Below are positions 8,595-17,917 of a DNA stretch of 64,000 nt, piece by piece. Where the stretch lies: positions 9,301-73,300 of the forward strand of contig JBDRPD010000060.1 of assembly GCA_043827405.1 (NCBI GenBank), written 5' to 3'. Each line of letters starts with the position of its first letter. Position 1 is the stretch's first letter. The position numbers and the translations under genes are program-made. The DNA is from Elusimicrobiota bacterium (lineage in GTDB: Bacteria; Elusimicrobiota; Elusimicrobia; UBA1565). A model generated the notes under the pieces. That model was not told the DNA's origin. It ran no database searches and saw only the letters and a program-made list of their open reading frames with translations.

Positions 8595-9852
8595 GATCTG
8601 GGCCGTCGCCGCGACCGAATTCATCAACACCCTGTTCTCCAAGGGCTTTCTGCTCGCGGTTACACTAACGCCCATGATCGTCGGCGCTTCGCTGCTGGCA
8701 CAGAAATACCTCCGCGAGCATGCGAGCGCCGACCAATGGCGCTTCGCGATCATAGACCCGTCCGGCCGGCTGGCCCCCGCCATCATGGAAAGAGCGCGGC
8801 AACGCAACGCCGAGAAAGGCTTCCGGGAAGTCGACGGGAAGCGGCGTCAGGTCAAGACCTTGTTCGCCCCCTACCGGGCGGACTCGGCCGCCGGGCTCGC
8901 GGAAAAAATCCGCCGCGAGGAGCTCTTCGCCTACGTGCTCATCGCCCCCGACATCCTTGAACGCGAAACCGCGGACGCGCTGGTCTATCACACCGGCACC
9001 CCGACCAATATTACCCTGCCGCTGTGGCTCGAGCAGACGATGAATGAAGAACTGCGGCGCCTGCGCGTGGACGCGGCCGCGGTGGATCAGAACCTTTTTA
9101 AAAGCCTGATCCGTTTCGTCCCCATGGCGCGCAAAGACATCCACCGCGCCGGCGGCCCGAGCATCCACCTGGGCGCGACCTTCGGCGTTCCGGCGGCGGC
9201 GATGTTCCTCCTCTTCATCCTGGTCTTTATCAGCGCGCCGATGCTGCTGCACAGCATCCTGGAAGAAAAGCAGCAGCGCATCTGGGAGGTGCTGGTCTCC
9301 TCGGTGAGCCCGTTCGATCTCCTCCTGGGCAAACTGCTGGGCGCGGTCATGGTCTCCATGGTGCTGTCGGTCTTCTACCTGGGGGGCGCGGCCTTGTTCG
9401 CGCACCTGTTCGGCATCGCCCACGCCGTGCCGGCCTCGCTCTACGCCTGGTTTCTGTTCTACCAGCTCTTGGCCATGCTCATCTACGGATCGATGTTCTC
9501 CGCCATCGGCGCCGCCTGCTCCGAAATCCGCGACGCCCAAAGCCTGATGATGCCGGCGATGCTGCTGATCGTCCTGCCGATGTTCGGCTGGGTAACCATC
9601 CTGCGCGCGCCGACCAGCGCCTTCGCCAGCGCGCTGTCCCTGTTTCCGCCGGCGACGCCGATGCTGATGCTGCTGCGCATCGCGCTCCCCCCCGGACCCG
9701 CCGCCTGGGAGATCGCGCTGAGCATTCTCCTGACCTCGGCCTTCTCGCTGGCCTGCATCTGGGTCGCGGGCAAGATCTTCCGCGTCGGCATCCTGGCGCA
9801 AGGTCAGTCGCCGACCATCGGCCGGCTGATCTCCTGGATATCCACCCAATAA
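8587..9852 (+). CDS. ABC-2 type permease (NatB/YhaP-like)
   Basis: One N-terminal TM, an extracytoplasmic domain, EEKQQRIWEVLVSSV...LLGKLLG motif and several C-terminal TMs. Confidence 0.9.
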   Translation: MRRIWAVAATEFINTLFSKGFLLAVTLTPMIVGASLLAQKYLREHASADQWRFAIIDPSGRLAPAIMERARQRNAEKGFREVDGKRRQVKTLFAPYRADSAAGLAEKIRREELFAYVLIAPDILERETADALVYHTGTPTNITLPLWLEQTMNEELRRLRVDAAAVDQNLFKSLIRFVPMARKDIHRAGGPSIHLGATFGVPAAAMFLLFILVFISAPMLLHSILEEKQQRIWEVLVSSVSPFDLLLGKLLGAVMVSMVLSVFYLGGAALFAHLFGIAHAVPASLYAWFLFYQLLAMLIYGSMFSAIGAACSEIRDAQSLMMPAMLLIVLPMFGWVTILRAPTSAFASALSLFPPATPMLMLLRIALPPGPAAWEIALSILLTSAFSLACIWVAGKIFRVGILAQGQSPTIGRLISWISTQ

Positions 9853-9882
9853 AAAACGCGGCCGCGTCATCTGCGGCCGCGT
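9851..9882 (-). terminator. Intrinsic terminator of the histone gene
   Basis: ACGCGGCCGC (9856-9865) / GCGGCCGCGT (9873-9882) stem; A6 at 9851-9856 gives a U-tract on the minus strand. Confidence 0.8.
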
Positions 9883-9907
9883 CATTTAGCTTCTCGTCAG
9901 GAACCGA

Positions 9908-10102
9908 TCAGCCGATGCAGAAGTCGTGTCCCCGCACGGTCTTGCGGCCGTTGGCCTTCGCGCGCTTGGTCGCCTGATCCACGTACCAGTACACCATCTC
10001 GTTGAGACCCTCGAGCGCGTCACCGGCGGTATTGCAGTTGGCGGCCTTGATCGCGGCCTTAACCTTGCTGCCTACGAGCAGAATTTCCTTCTTCTTAGCC
10101 AT
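9908..10102 (-). CDS. Bacterial histone-fold protein (64 aa; Leptospira HLp / Bdellovibrio Bd0055-like)
   Basis: LLVGSKVKAAIK...NTAGDALEGLNE...KRAKANGRKTVRGHDF with the histone RKTV-x-x-x-D motif. SD AAAGGAGG lies 9 nt before ATG 10102. Confidence 0.9.
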   Translation of the reverse strand: MAKKKEILLVGSKVKAAIKAANCNTAGDALEGLNEMVYWYVDQATKRAKANGRKTVRGHDFCIG

Positions 10103-10137
10103 TGGGTACATCCTCCTTTAAATTTGGCAACCGGGCC

Positions 10138-10143
10138 ATTATA
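10138..10143 (-). promoter_or_regulatory. -10 element (TATAAT) of the histone gene promoter
   Basis: Perfect TATAAT on the minus strand followed by GC-rich GGCCCGG, about 35 nt upstream of the start codon. Confidence 0.65.
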
Positions 10144-10174
10144 GCGCATTCCTCTTCCCTGAACGCAAGCCCGC

Positions 10175-13081
10175 TCAATAGGGGAATAGATCGTCGACCT
10201 TCTTTTCCACCAGCTCGCCCAGCTTTTTCAGTTCCTCAAGATCGACCCGTTCGCGGCTGCCAAGGATGTAATAGGTCAGCGGGACATCGCTAAAGCGCGC
10301 GGCGAAGCGGCTGAGATCCGCCAGCGTATAGGCCTGCGCCCGCTCCATACGCCGCGGGCGGGGATCGAAGACGAGGCCGTGGTCCCGCCAGCTCATAACG
10401 GTCTGGGGCACCGCCCGGAACTTGACGGGATTGGTGCGATACTCCTCCACGATTGATTTCTGCGCCTCCGTGAAGCGTTCCTCCGATGCGGGAAAGTCGC
10501 GCAGCAGCTGCGCCAGCAGGACGGTGGCGCCGACCGTCTTGTCGGCCTGGGTGCCGAGACGGCCGAGCAGCCGGTTCTCATCGCCTTCACGCGCTCCGTA
10601 AACGTAGCCGCCCCAGGCCGAATAGGCGAGCGCGCGGGCCTCGCGCACTTCCTGGAACACGACCGAGCTCATCCCGCCGCCCATATACATCCGGTAGAAG
10701 GCGTAGTCGACGAACTCCTCCGCATTGAAGACCGTATCCGCCGCGTACATCCCGATCTGCGACTGCACCATGTCCCGGTGGACAAAAACGACTTTCGGCC
10801 GCTCGGTCCGCAGGTACTTTCGCGGCGTCCACGGCGGCGCGGGCTGATACGTACGGTCCGGCACCTGCAGGCTCTTGAGGACGCCCTGCGCCCGGCGCAC
10901 CCCCACATAGCCTACGTAGCGCCCATAATCAAAGACCGAGCCGAGCACTTCCACCAGCTCTTCGCGCGTCAGCCGGCCGAGAGCCTCGTCGGAGAGCTCG
11001 CTGAGCACCTCGCTGTCCTCCCCCCGCTGCGCGAACTCCGAGAGCGCGGTGGCGAGATATCGCGGGTCGACCTTATTATCCTTATGCTCGCCGGCCTTGA
11101 TCTCGACCATTTTGGCCAAGGTCCCCGCGGCGATATTGGGCTGCGCGAAGCGCAGGCGCATGAGCCGCAGCGCCTCGTCGTAGTGCTCCTCCAGGCCGCT
11201 CAAGACGATGAGCGACGTATCCTGGCCGCAATGCGTCGCGAACGTCAAGCCGCGGCGAAACAGCTCCTTCTTGAACTCCTCGGCCGGCATATCCCCGGCG
11301 CCCGCCAAATCCCACAACGACAGCGCCGCGCACAGCCGCGGCTCGTGCCGGCGTCCGCGGTAGAAGCGGAAACGGATTTCAAAAAGATCATTGACGGGGT
11401 TGTTCGCGTGAAACAGCTTGCCGAACGGCCGCGATATGATCTTATAGTCCTTGCCCGCCCGCAGCCATTTGGGCTCAATCTCGCCGGCGGGTGTGGCGAG
11501 GATCTCGCGCAGAAAGGCCGACTCGCGGGAGGCGTCGAGCTGGATCTTGGTAAAATCCGGCTTCTCGATGCCCGGGATTTCCGCCTTACCCTTCTCGCGA
11601 TAAGCCACGACGCGCCCGCCGCGCAGGTACTCCTTGGCGACACGGATCACGTCCTCCTTGGTTACCTTGCGAATGCGGTCGAGCCGGTCTACTTCGTCGG
11701 GCCATTCCCGGTAATGGATGAACGCCTCCATAATCCGGCTCACGCGGGAACGGTTTTCTTCGAGCTCCCGCTTGTAATGGATCTCGTAGTTGGTCACGAT
11801 GGCGCGCAGATCCTCGGCGGAGAAATCGCCCTCCTTGACGGCATCGGCCGTCTCCAGCAAGAGCTTTTCCGCTTCCTTAAGCGTCTGCCCCTGCTTGGGG
11901 ACAGCGTACATCTGCATGACCCCGGCCTCATTGAGCGCGTAGCCGAAAGCCCCCGCCTTTTTGACTTTCTGCGCCTGATTGAGGCGCAGATTGATCAAGC
12001 CGGACTCGCCGTTATCAAAGATCAGGCTCATAACCTGCAGGGCATCCGCGTCCGGATGATTGGCGCTAACCGTATGCCAGCCGATATAAAGCTTCTCCTC
12101 CGCCTCGTACTGCGCCTTAACATGCTTGGCGAAGCGCGGCTTCTTGATCTTGCGCTTCGACGGCTCCGGCAGGTCTTTCGGCTGCCAGCGCGCAAAGTAA
12201 TTCTGGATAATCTTAAGAGCTTCCTCGCGCTCGAAATCGCCCGACAGGATGATCGCCATATTATTGGGCACGTAGTAGCGGTGATAAAAGGCGTACATCT
12301 TGGCCATGGACGGATTCTTCAAATGCTCAATGGAGCCGAGCGTAGTACGTCCATAAGGATGCTCCTGGAAAAGCGCCCGGTCGAAGACTTCCCACAGGAT
12401 ACGATCCGGATCATCCTGTGAGCGGTTCTTTTCCTCATAAACGGTTTCAATCTCGGTTTGAAACAGCCGGAATACCGGCGCCGCGAAGCGATCCGACTCC
12501 AGCTTGGCCCAGGCTTCCAAGCGGTTTTTCGGCAGATCGCAGACATAAGCGGTGCGCTCGTTGCCGGTAAAGGCGTTGATGCTCCGGATGCCGAGTCTTT
12601 TATAAGCCTTGCTCAGTTCTTTGGTCGCCGCGTAGCGGCTGGCCTTCTGGTTTTCCTCGTCGATCGCCTTGTAGATCTCCGCGCGCTTGCCGGGGTCCTG
12701 CGCATCGAACAGGGTCTCGTAGAGCTCGGAGACCCGATCCAAATGGGGCTTCTCCTTGTCGTAGTCGATGGTTCCCAGTCGGCGGCTGCCCTTGAACATC
12801 ATATGTTCCAGGTAATGCGCCATGCCGGTGCTGTCCTCCGCATCCTGCGCCGAACCGGCGCGCACCGCAATCCACGCGGTAATGCGCGGCTCCAAGGGAT
12901 TCGGACTAAGGTAAACGGTCAACCCGTTCTTGAGCCGGTGCACCGTCACGTTCATCGGATCGCGCTCCAACGGGCGCTTAAGCTCCTGCGGCAGGCGGGA
13001 GGTCTTCTCCCAACGGGACCCCGCCGCCGCGCCGGCGCCCAACGACAACGCGCAGATCATCAACAGTATCCTTCGCAACAT
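10175..13081 (-). CDS. Secreted M16 (insulinase/pitrilysin-family) zinc protease
   Basis: Signal peptide, GMAHYLEHMMFKG (HxxEH), NAFT, E..TVYEE, C-terminal FQEVREARALAYS. Confidence 0.93.
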   Translation of the reverse strand: MLRRILLMICALSLGAGAAAGSRWEKTSRLPQELKRPLERDPMNVTVHRLKNGLTVYLSPNPLEPRITAWIAVRAGSAQDAEDSTGMAHYLEHMMFKGSRRLGTIDYDKEKPHLDRVSELYETLFDAQDPGKRAEIYKAIDEENQKASRYAATKELSKAYKRLGIRSINAFTGNERTAYVCDLPKNRLEAWAKLESDRFAAPVFRLFQTEIETVYEEKNRSQDDPDRILWEVFDRALFQEHPYGRTTLGSIEHLKNPSMAKMYAFYHRYYVPNNMAIILSGDFEREEALKIIQNYFARWQPKDLPEPSKRKIKKPRFAKHVKAQYEAEEKLYIGWHTVSANHPDADALQVMSLIFDNGESGLINLRLNQAQKVKKAGAFGYALNEAGVMQMYAVPKQGQTLKEAEKLLLETADAVKEGDFSAEDLRAIVTNYEIHYKRELEENRSRVSRIMEAFIHYREWPDEVDRLDRIRKVTKEDVIRVAKEYLRGGRVVAYREKGKAEIPGIEKPDFTKIQLDASRESAFLREILATPAGEIEPKWLRAGKDYKIISRPFGKLFHANNPVNDLFEIRFRFYRGRRHEPRLCAALSLWDLAGAGDMPAEEFKKELFRRGLTFATHCGQDTSLIVLSGLEEHYDEALRLMRLRFAQPNIAAGTLAKMVEIKAGEHKDNKVDPRYLATALSEFAQRGEDSEVLSELSDEALGRLTREELVEVLGSVFDYGRYVGYVGVRRAQGVLKSLQVPDRTYQPAPPWTPRKYLRTERPKVVFVHRDMVQSQIGMYAADTVFNAEEFVDYAFYRMYMGGGMSSVVFQEVREARALAYSAWGGYVYGAREGDENRLLGRLGTQADKTVGATVLLAQLLRDFPASEERFTEAQKSIVEEYRTNPVKFRAVPQTVMSWRDHGLVFDPRPRRMERAQAYTLADLSRFAARFSDVPLTYYILGSRERVDLEELKKLGELVEKKVDDLFPY

Positions 13082-13105
13082 AACAGCACCTTCCTTGTCT
13101 GCATT

Positions 13106-14521
13106 TTAAAATACGGCGCCGGGCGGAACACCTTCATTCTCGTTAAGCCAGCGCGCGGCGCAACGGCCGGACCGCACGCAGTCGGGGATGCCCACTCCCC
13201 GATAGGCCGCGCCCGCCAGAGCGAAGCCCGGCAGGCCGTCCACGCGCGCCTCAAGTCGCCGGATGCGCGCGGCATGACCGACATTGTACTGCGGATTAGC
13301 ATCGCGCCAGCGCGAGGTCCAGGTCGCCAGCGGCTCGACATCAAGCCCCAGCATGGACCGCAAATCCTCACGAACCGCGCGCACCAAAGCCGCGTCGCTG
13401 CCGTCGGCCGCCGACTCGCGGCCGGCGCCGCCCAAAAAGCAGCGGATCAGCGCCTTATCGGGGGGGACTCGCCCCGGAAACTTGGTAGAGGAGTAGGTCG
13501 CGGCCATGACGCGCGTCGGCTCGCGCCGGTCTACAACGAAGCCGAAGCCCGCCAGCGGGCCGGGCAGATCCTTCGCGCGATAGGATAGACTCACCGTCGC
13601 GGTGGTGCTGTAGGGAATGCCGCCGACTTCACCGCCGAGCTCCGCGTCCAGCGGGCGCAGAGCGGCGGCGATATGATTGGCCGGGGCGGCGGCGATGACG
13701 CGTTCCGCCGCATAAACCTGCCCCCCGGCCGTCGTAATCCGGTAGTTCCCGTCCGCGGCGCGCTCGATCTTTTCGGCCGCGGAATCCAGCTTAATCGCGC
13801 CTTCCGGCAGGCGTGCCGCGAGCTCTTCCGCCAGTCGCGACAGACCGCCGCGCAGAGCGACAAACATGGTCCATGCCTTGCCGTCCTTTTTCGGCGCCGG
13901 CCGCGCGGCGGCCGCGCGCATGCCGCGGATAATGCTGCCGTGCCTGCGCTCCAGGTCCACAAACTGCGGGAAGGTGCTCGCCATGCTCAGGCGGTCCGGG
14001 TCGCCGGCGAAGATGCCGGCGAGAATCGGCCCCACAATGACCTCCAGCGCCTCGCCGCCGAACCGCCGGCGCGCGAACCCCCCCATGGACTCATCGTCAT
14101 TCTCGGTCCGCGCCGGCACAAAATACTCCCAGCCCATCCGCAGCTTGGCGCCCCACCCGACGAGGTCGGAGGCCAGAAACGGCAGCACCTTGGTCGGCGC
14201 CATCAGCATCAGCCCTTCCGGCAGGCGGCGCAGCCGCTTGCGGGTATAGACGTAGACCTCCTTGCTCTCGCTGTTGGTCGGGATAAGGTCGGCTTCCAAA
14301 CCGAGCTCCCGCACCAGCTCGAGCGCCCAGGGCTTGGCGGTAATAAATGAATCGGGGCCGCCCTCAATGACCATATCGTCGGCCTGGTGGCTGAGGATCT
14401 TGCCGCCCAGGCGCGACGAGGACTCCAGCACCGTCACCGCGAAACGCCCGCCGCATGCCAGCTCGTAGGCGGCGGAGAGGCCGCTGATGCCCGCCCCGAT
14501 CACGACCGCCTTGGGCTTCAT
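13106..14521 (-). CDS. hemY: Copro-/protoporphyrinogen oxidase (HemY type)
   Basis: VIGAGISGLSAAY FAD motif, EGGPDSF, GIFAGD...LS, GFGF, PQY.VGH, GVGIPDCV. Confidence 0.93.
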   Translation of the reverse strand: MKPKAVVIGAGISGLSAAYELACGGRFAVTVLESSSRLGGKILSHQADDMVIEGGPDSFITAKPWALELVRELGLEADLIPTNSESKEVYVYTRKRLRRLPEGLMLMAPTKVLPFLASDLVGWGAKLRMGWEYFVPARTENDDESMGGFARRRFGGEALEVIVGPILAGIFAGDPDRLSMASTFPQFVDLERRHGSIIRGMRAAAARPAPKKDGKAWTMFVALRGGLSRLAEELAARLPEGAIKLDSAAEKIERAADGNYRITTAGGQVYAAERVIAAAPANHIAAALRPLDAELGGEVGGIPYSTTATVSLSYRAKDLPGPLAGFGFVVDRREPTRVMAATYSSTKFPGRVPPDKALIRCFLGGAGRESAADGSDAALVRAVREDLRSMLGLDVEPLATWTSRWRDANPQYNVGHAARIRRLEARVDGLPGFALAGAAYRGVGIPDCVRSGRCAARWLNENEGVPPGAVF

Positions 14522-15453
14522 GCGGCCGCCAGCTTTCCGCGCACAATATCCGCCAGCGCGGCGATAAGCCGCGGATGGTCATTAAGCGCCGCGGCGCGCT
14601 CAAAGCGCATCCCCGCTTTCTCGGCGGCGGCACGGTACAGAATATCGTCGTCGTATAACGTTTCCAGGTTCTCCGCGAGATAGCCGATCGGCGACAGAAT
14701 AACACTGCGGATCCCATCACGGGCCAACTGTTCAAGAACCTCGCCCGCATCGGGGCCAAGCCAGGCCTCCTTACCACTGCCGCCCCGGCTTTGATAGGCG
14801 AAAGACCAGCGGGTAAAACCCGTTTTTCGCGCCACCGCTTCGGCGGTGGCCCGCAGCGACTCCGGATAGGGGTCTCCCGCTGGAGCGGCGCGCTCCGGCA
14901 GACTGTGCGCGGTCATCAGGAGCGCCGTCTCCGGCCGCAGCCCCGCCGGCACGCGCGCTCCGGCTTCGCGTACCCTGTCGGCCAGGGCTTCAATCAACTG
15001 CGGGTGATCATGCCAGCTTTCGACGCCGAGCGTCCGCAGGCCGCCGCCGCAGGCGGCGGCCGCGCCGTCCGCGGCGTGCAGATACGCGCCGACGCTCAAT
15101 TTGGAATAATACGGGGACATGGCGAGGACGACGAGGGTCCGGCATCCGTCCGCGGCGGCCGCCTCGACCGCGGAGCGAATTGTCGGCGCCGAATGCTTCA
15201 TGCCGATGCGGACGCGAAGCCCCGCGCCCAGCTCCGCCTCAAGAGCGCCGGCCTGCGCGCGCGTAATATCGACCAGCGGCGAGCGGCCGCCGATAGCGCG
15301 GTAGCGCTCGCGAACATCGCTTACCAGGCGCTCGGGAACCTCGCGCCCGCCGAGCACATGCCGCAGGTAGCCGGGAACCTCGTCAAGATTTTCGGCCGCA
15401 CCGTAGGCCGCAAGGAGCACGGCGGCCGAGCCGTTTATTAAGACGCCGTCCAT
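14518..15453 (-). CDS. hemH: Ferrochelatase (Firmicutes-like coproporphyrin ferrochelatase type)
   Basis: AYG...RYRAIGGRSPL, GMKHSAP, TAHSLP, YQS...WLGPD, LETLYD. Confidence 0.92.
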   Translation of the reverse strand: MDGVLINGSAAVLLAAYGAAENLDEVPGYLRHVLGGREVPERLVSDVRERYRAIGGRSPLVDITRAQAGALEAELGAGLRVRIGMKHSAPTIRSAVEAAAADGCRTLVVLAMSPYYSKLSVGAYLHAADGAAAACGGGLRTLGVESWHDHPQLIEALADRVREAGARVPAGLRPETALLMTAHSLPERAAPAGDPYPESLRATAEAVARKTGFTRWSFAYQSRGGSGKEAWLGPDAGEVLEQLARDGIRSVILSPIGYLAENLETLYDDDILYRAAAEKAGMRFERAAALNDHPRLIAALADIVRGKLAAA

Positions 15454-16460
15454 TCGTGGACCCAGTCCACCACGGCGCGGACATTGTCGGGCGGGGTCAT
15501 GGGCAGCACGCCGTGACCGAGGTTGAAGATGTGCCCGCGGCGGCCGGCGGCCTGCCGCAGCACCTCACGCACGCTCTTTTTCAGCTCATTTCTCGGCAGC
15601 AGAAGATGCACCGGGTCGAGGTTTCCCTGCACCGCACGGCCGCGGCCGATCCGCCGCCAAGCCTCGTCGAGCGGCAGCCGCCAATCCACACCGACGATAT
15701 CGCCCCCCGCATCGCGAAAGCTCTCGAGAAAATGCGCCGTCCCGGTCGCAAAATGCGCGACGGGCACGCCGGTGCGCGCCGCGGCGCTCAGCACGCGCCG
15801 GGAATACGGCAGCACATAGCGCTCGTACTCCGCACGGGTAAGCGCTCCGGCCCAGGAGTCAAACAGCTGCACCGCCTGCGCGCCGGCACGAACCTGAGCC
15901 TTAAGATAGGCGGCCGTCATGCGCGTCAGCTTATCCATAAGCTTGCGCCAAGAGGCCGGCGCCGCGCGCATCAACAGCTTGGTGCGGCGAAAATCCTTGG
16001 AGGGTCCGCCCTCGATCATATAGCTGGCAAGCGTAAAAGGAGCGCCCGCGAAGCCGATCAGTGCGACCTTGCCGTCCAGTTCGCGCCGCACCCGGCGGAT
16101 AGTCTCCAGGACAAACCCCAGCCCTTCTTCCGGATCGAACGCGCGCAGACGATCGATATCCCGCGCGCTGCGAACCGGCGGCGTGACGCGCGGACCTTCG
16201 CCGCTGAGAAACTGCAGCCGCAGCCCCAGCGGACGCACCGGCAGCAGGATGTCAGCGAACAGGATGGCGGCATCCACTTTAAGCCGGCGCACGGGCTGCA
16301 GCGTAACCTCCGCCGCCGCCTCGGGGTGCTCGCACAGCTCCAGGATGGAGTAGCGCCGGCGCAGCCGCCGGTACTCCGGCAGATAGCGGCCGGCCTGGCG
16401 CATAAACCAGACCGGCGTAGCGTCAGCTTTCTCTCGACGAGCGGCGCGGAGAAATCTCAT
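15438..16460 (-). CDS. hemE: Uroporphyrinogen decarboxylase
   Basis: PVWFMRQAGRYLPEY, FADIL, GFAGAPFTLASY, QLFDSW, QGNLDP, HIFNLGHG. Confidence 0.97.
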   Translation of the reverse strand: MRFLRAARREKADATPVWFMRQAGRYLPEYRRLRRRYSILELCEHPEAAAEVTLQPVRRLKVDAAILFADILLPVRPLGLRLQFLSGEGPRVTPPVRSARDIDRLRAFDPEEGLGFVLETIRRVRRELDGKVALIGFAGAPFTLASYMIEGGPSKDFRRTKLLMRAAPASWRKLMDKLTRMTAAYLKAQVRAGAQAVQLFDSWAGALTRAEYERYVLPYSRRVLSAAARTGVPVAHFATGTAHFLESFRDAGGDIVGVDWRLPLDEAWRRIGRGRAVQGNLDPVHLLLPRNELKKSVREVLRQAAGRRGHIFNLGHGVLPMTPPDNVRAVVDWVHEWTAS

Positions 16461-16599
16461 ATCCTTATCGTAACATTTTATACCGGGCCCAATGGGGAAG
16501 ACGCGGGGGAGTCTTTTAACGGGATTATATTACCCCAAAGCCCCAAGCGTTTTCTCCCCGCCGCGGGTACAATATCGACAGCATACGACGCACCGATTT

Positions 16600-16637
16600 C
16601 AGGGCCTCTCACCACCTCCGGGAGGCTCTGTTTTTTT
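16600..16637 (+). terminator. Intrinsic terminator-like hairpin upstream of the PC4-like gene
   Basis: CAGGGCCTCTC / GGGAGGCTCTG 11-bp stem (two G-U pairs) followed by T7. Confidence 0.65.
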
Positions 16638-16653
16638 GTACCATGGCGGCAGA

Positions 16654-17127
16654 ATGGCGGAAGCCAAAGAATTTAAACCGCTCAAGGAATTCGGCTCAAT
16701 CGAACTGGCCGAGAGTTCCCGGGTCCGATTTTACGTCGACGAGTATAAAGGGCATCCCTATGCCTCCATCCGCACCTTCGTCGACAGCGACTCCTACTCG
16801 GGTCCGACGAAGTCCGGCGTAACCCTGAATCCGAACCTGCTGACTTTGGTCATCGCGGAGCTCGAGAAGCTTCCCAAGGAGCCGCAGACGACCACCGACA
16901 TCGAGCTGGCACGGTTTCCCAAACGCACCGGGCTTGAGATCGTCCTGCGCATCACCATCTACCGCGACACGACAGGCATCGATATGCGCGAGTGGGTCGA
17001 CGACGGAACGTATAAGGGTTGGTCCAAGCGCGGCATCCGGATAGGCTACGAGGAGCTCGAGAGCATCATCCGCCACCTTAAGGAGATGCTCGCCTTCCTG
17101 CGGGACCGGCAGAAGAAGAAGTCCTGA
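16654..17127 (+). CDS. Tandem PC4/YdbC-like single-stranded nucleic-acid-binding protein
   Basis: Two PC4-like units: EYKGHPYASIRTF...PTKSGVTL and IYRDTTGIDMREW...WSKRGIRI. Confidence 0.8.
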   Translation: MAEAKEFKPLKEFGSIELAESSRVRFYVDEYKGHPYASIRTFVDSDSYSGPTKSGVTLNPNLLTLVIAELEKLPKEPQTTTDIELARFPKRTGLEIVLRITIYRDTTGIDMREWVDDGTYKGWSKRGIRIGYEELESIIRHLKEMLAFLRDRQKKKS

Positions 17128-17812
17128 CCAGCCGGTCGATCCGGCGCATCAGCTCGCCGAAAAACTCCTGATTTCCCGCCCCCTCGAGCAGGCCCACGCC
17201 ATGGCCGCTGCGTGCGCTCAGCAGCGCGCTCTGACGGCCGCGCGCCCAGTCATGCAGCAAAAACAGGGTCTTGTACGCATAGGGATCGTCGCGTGCCGCG
17301 GCGGCGACAATCGGCCGCCGGAACTTCCGCGCGGACGGCTCGAGATAAACGCCCTGATAGTTTATGCCGGGCGACAGCAGTATCACGAATGGAACGACGG
17401 CGCGGCGCGCCGCGGCATGCAGGCAAAGGTTGGCGCCGATACTGGCGCCGGCCAGCACTATGCGCTCTTCCGTCACCCCCCGGCGCGCGAGAAAACCCAC
17501 TGCCGCGTCCAAATCCTTCTCGATGGCGATCCAGGCCGCGGAGCTCGCGAACGTGCGGTAGGACGCCCCTCCGGATTCGCCGTGGCCGCGGGCGTCCAAC
17601 GCCAGGCTGCCATAGCCTCTCGCCGCGAGCGTCGCCTGGAAAACCCGCCATTCCCCGCGCCCGGCGCCCAAGCCATGGAGCAGAATAAATACCGGCCCGC
17701 GCCGCGTTCCCGCCGCCGTATAATCAGCGGCGATGCGAATACCGTCCGTGGACTCAAAATGAACCGGCACGGCCAGCGCGCGCGAGGCCGCCGCTATAAA
17801 AAATAAAGCCAA
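17078..17812 (-). CDS. Secreted alpha/beta hydrolase (start approximate)
   Basis: LLHGLG oxyanion motif, DARGHGES, GASIG nucleophile elbow, C-terminal GHG; signal peptide ending ALA. Confidence 0.85.
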   Translation of the reverse strand: MALFFIAAASRALAVPVHFESTDGIRIAADYTAAGTRRGPVFILLHGLGAGRGEWRVFQATLAARGYGSLALDARGHGESGGASYRTFASSAAWIAIEKDLDAAVGFLARRGVTEERIVLAGASIGANLCLHAAARRAVVPFVILLSPGINYQGVYLEPSARKFRRPIVAAAARDDPYAYKTLFLLHDWARGRQSALLSARSGHGVGLLEGAGNQEFFGELMRRIDRLVRTSSSAGPAGRRASP

Positions 17813-17917
17813 AACAAGGATAAAACGAAAGGCCCAGCGACCATTGGGCCAAAATGCGCCGCCCCGCTGGGACCAAGGTCTCATGCCCGCCGAGCAATCT
17901 GGAGCTAACCTATAGCG

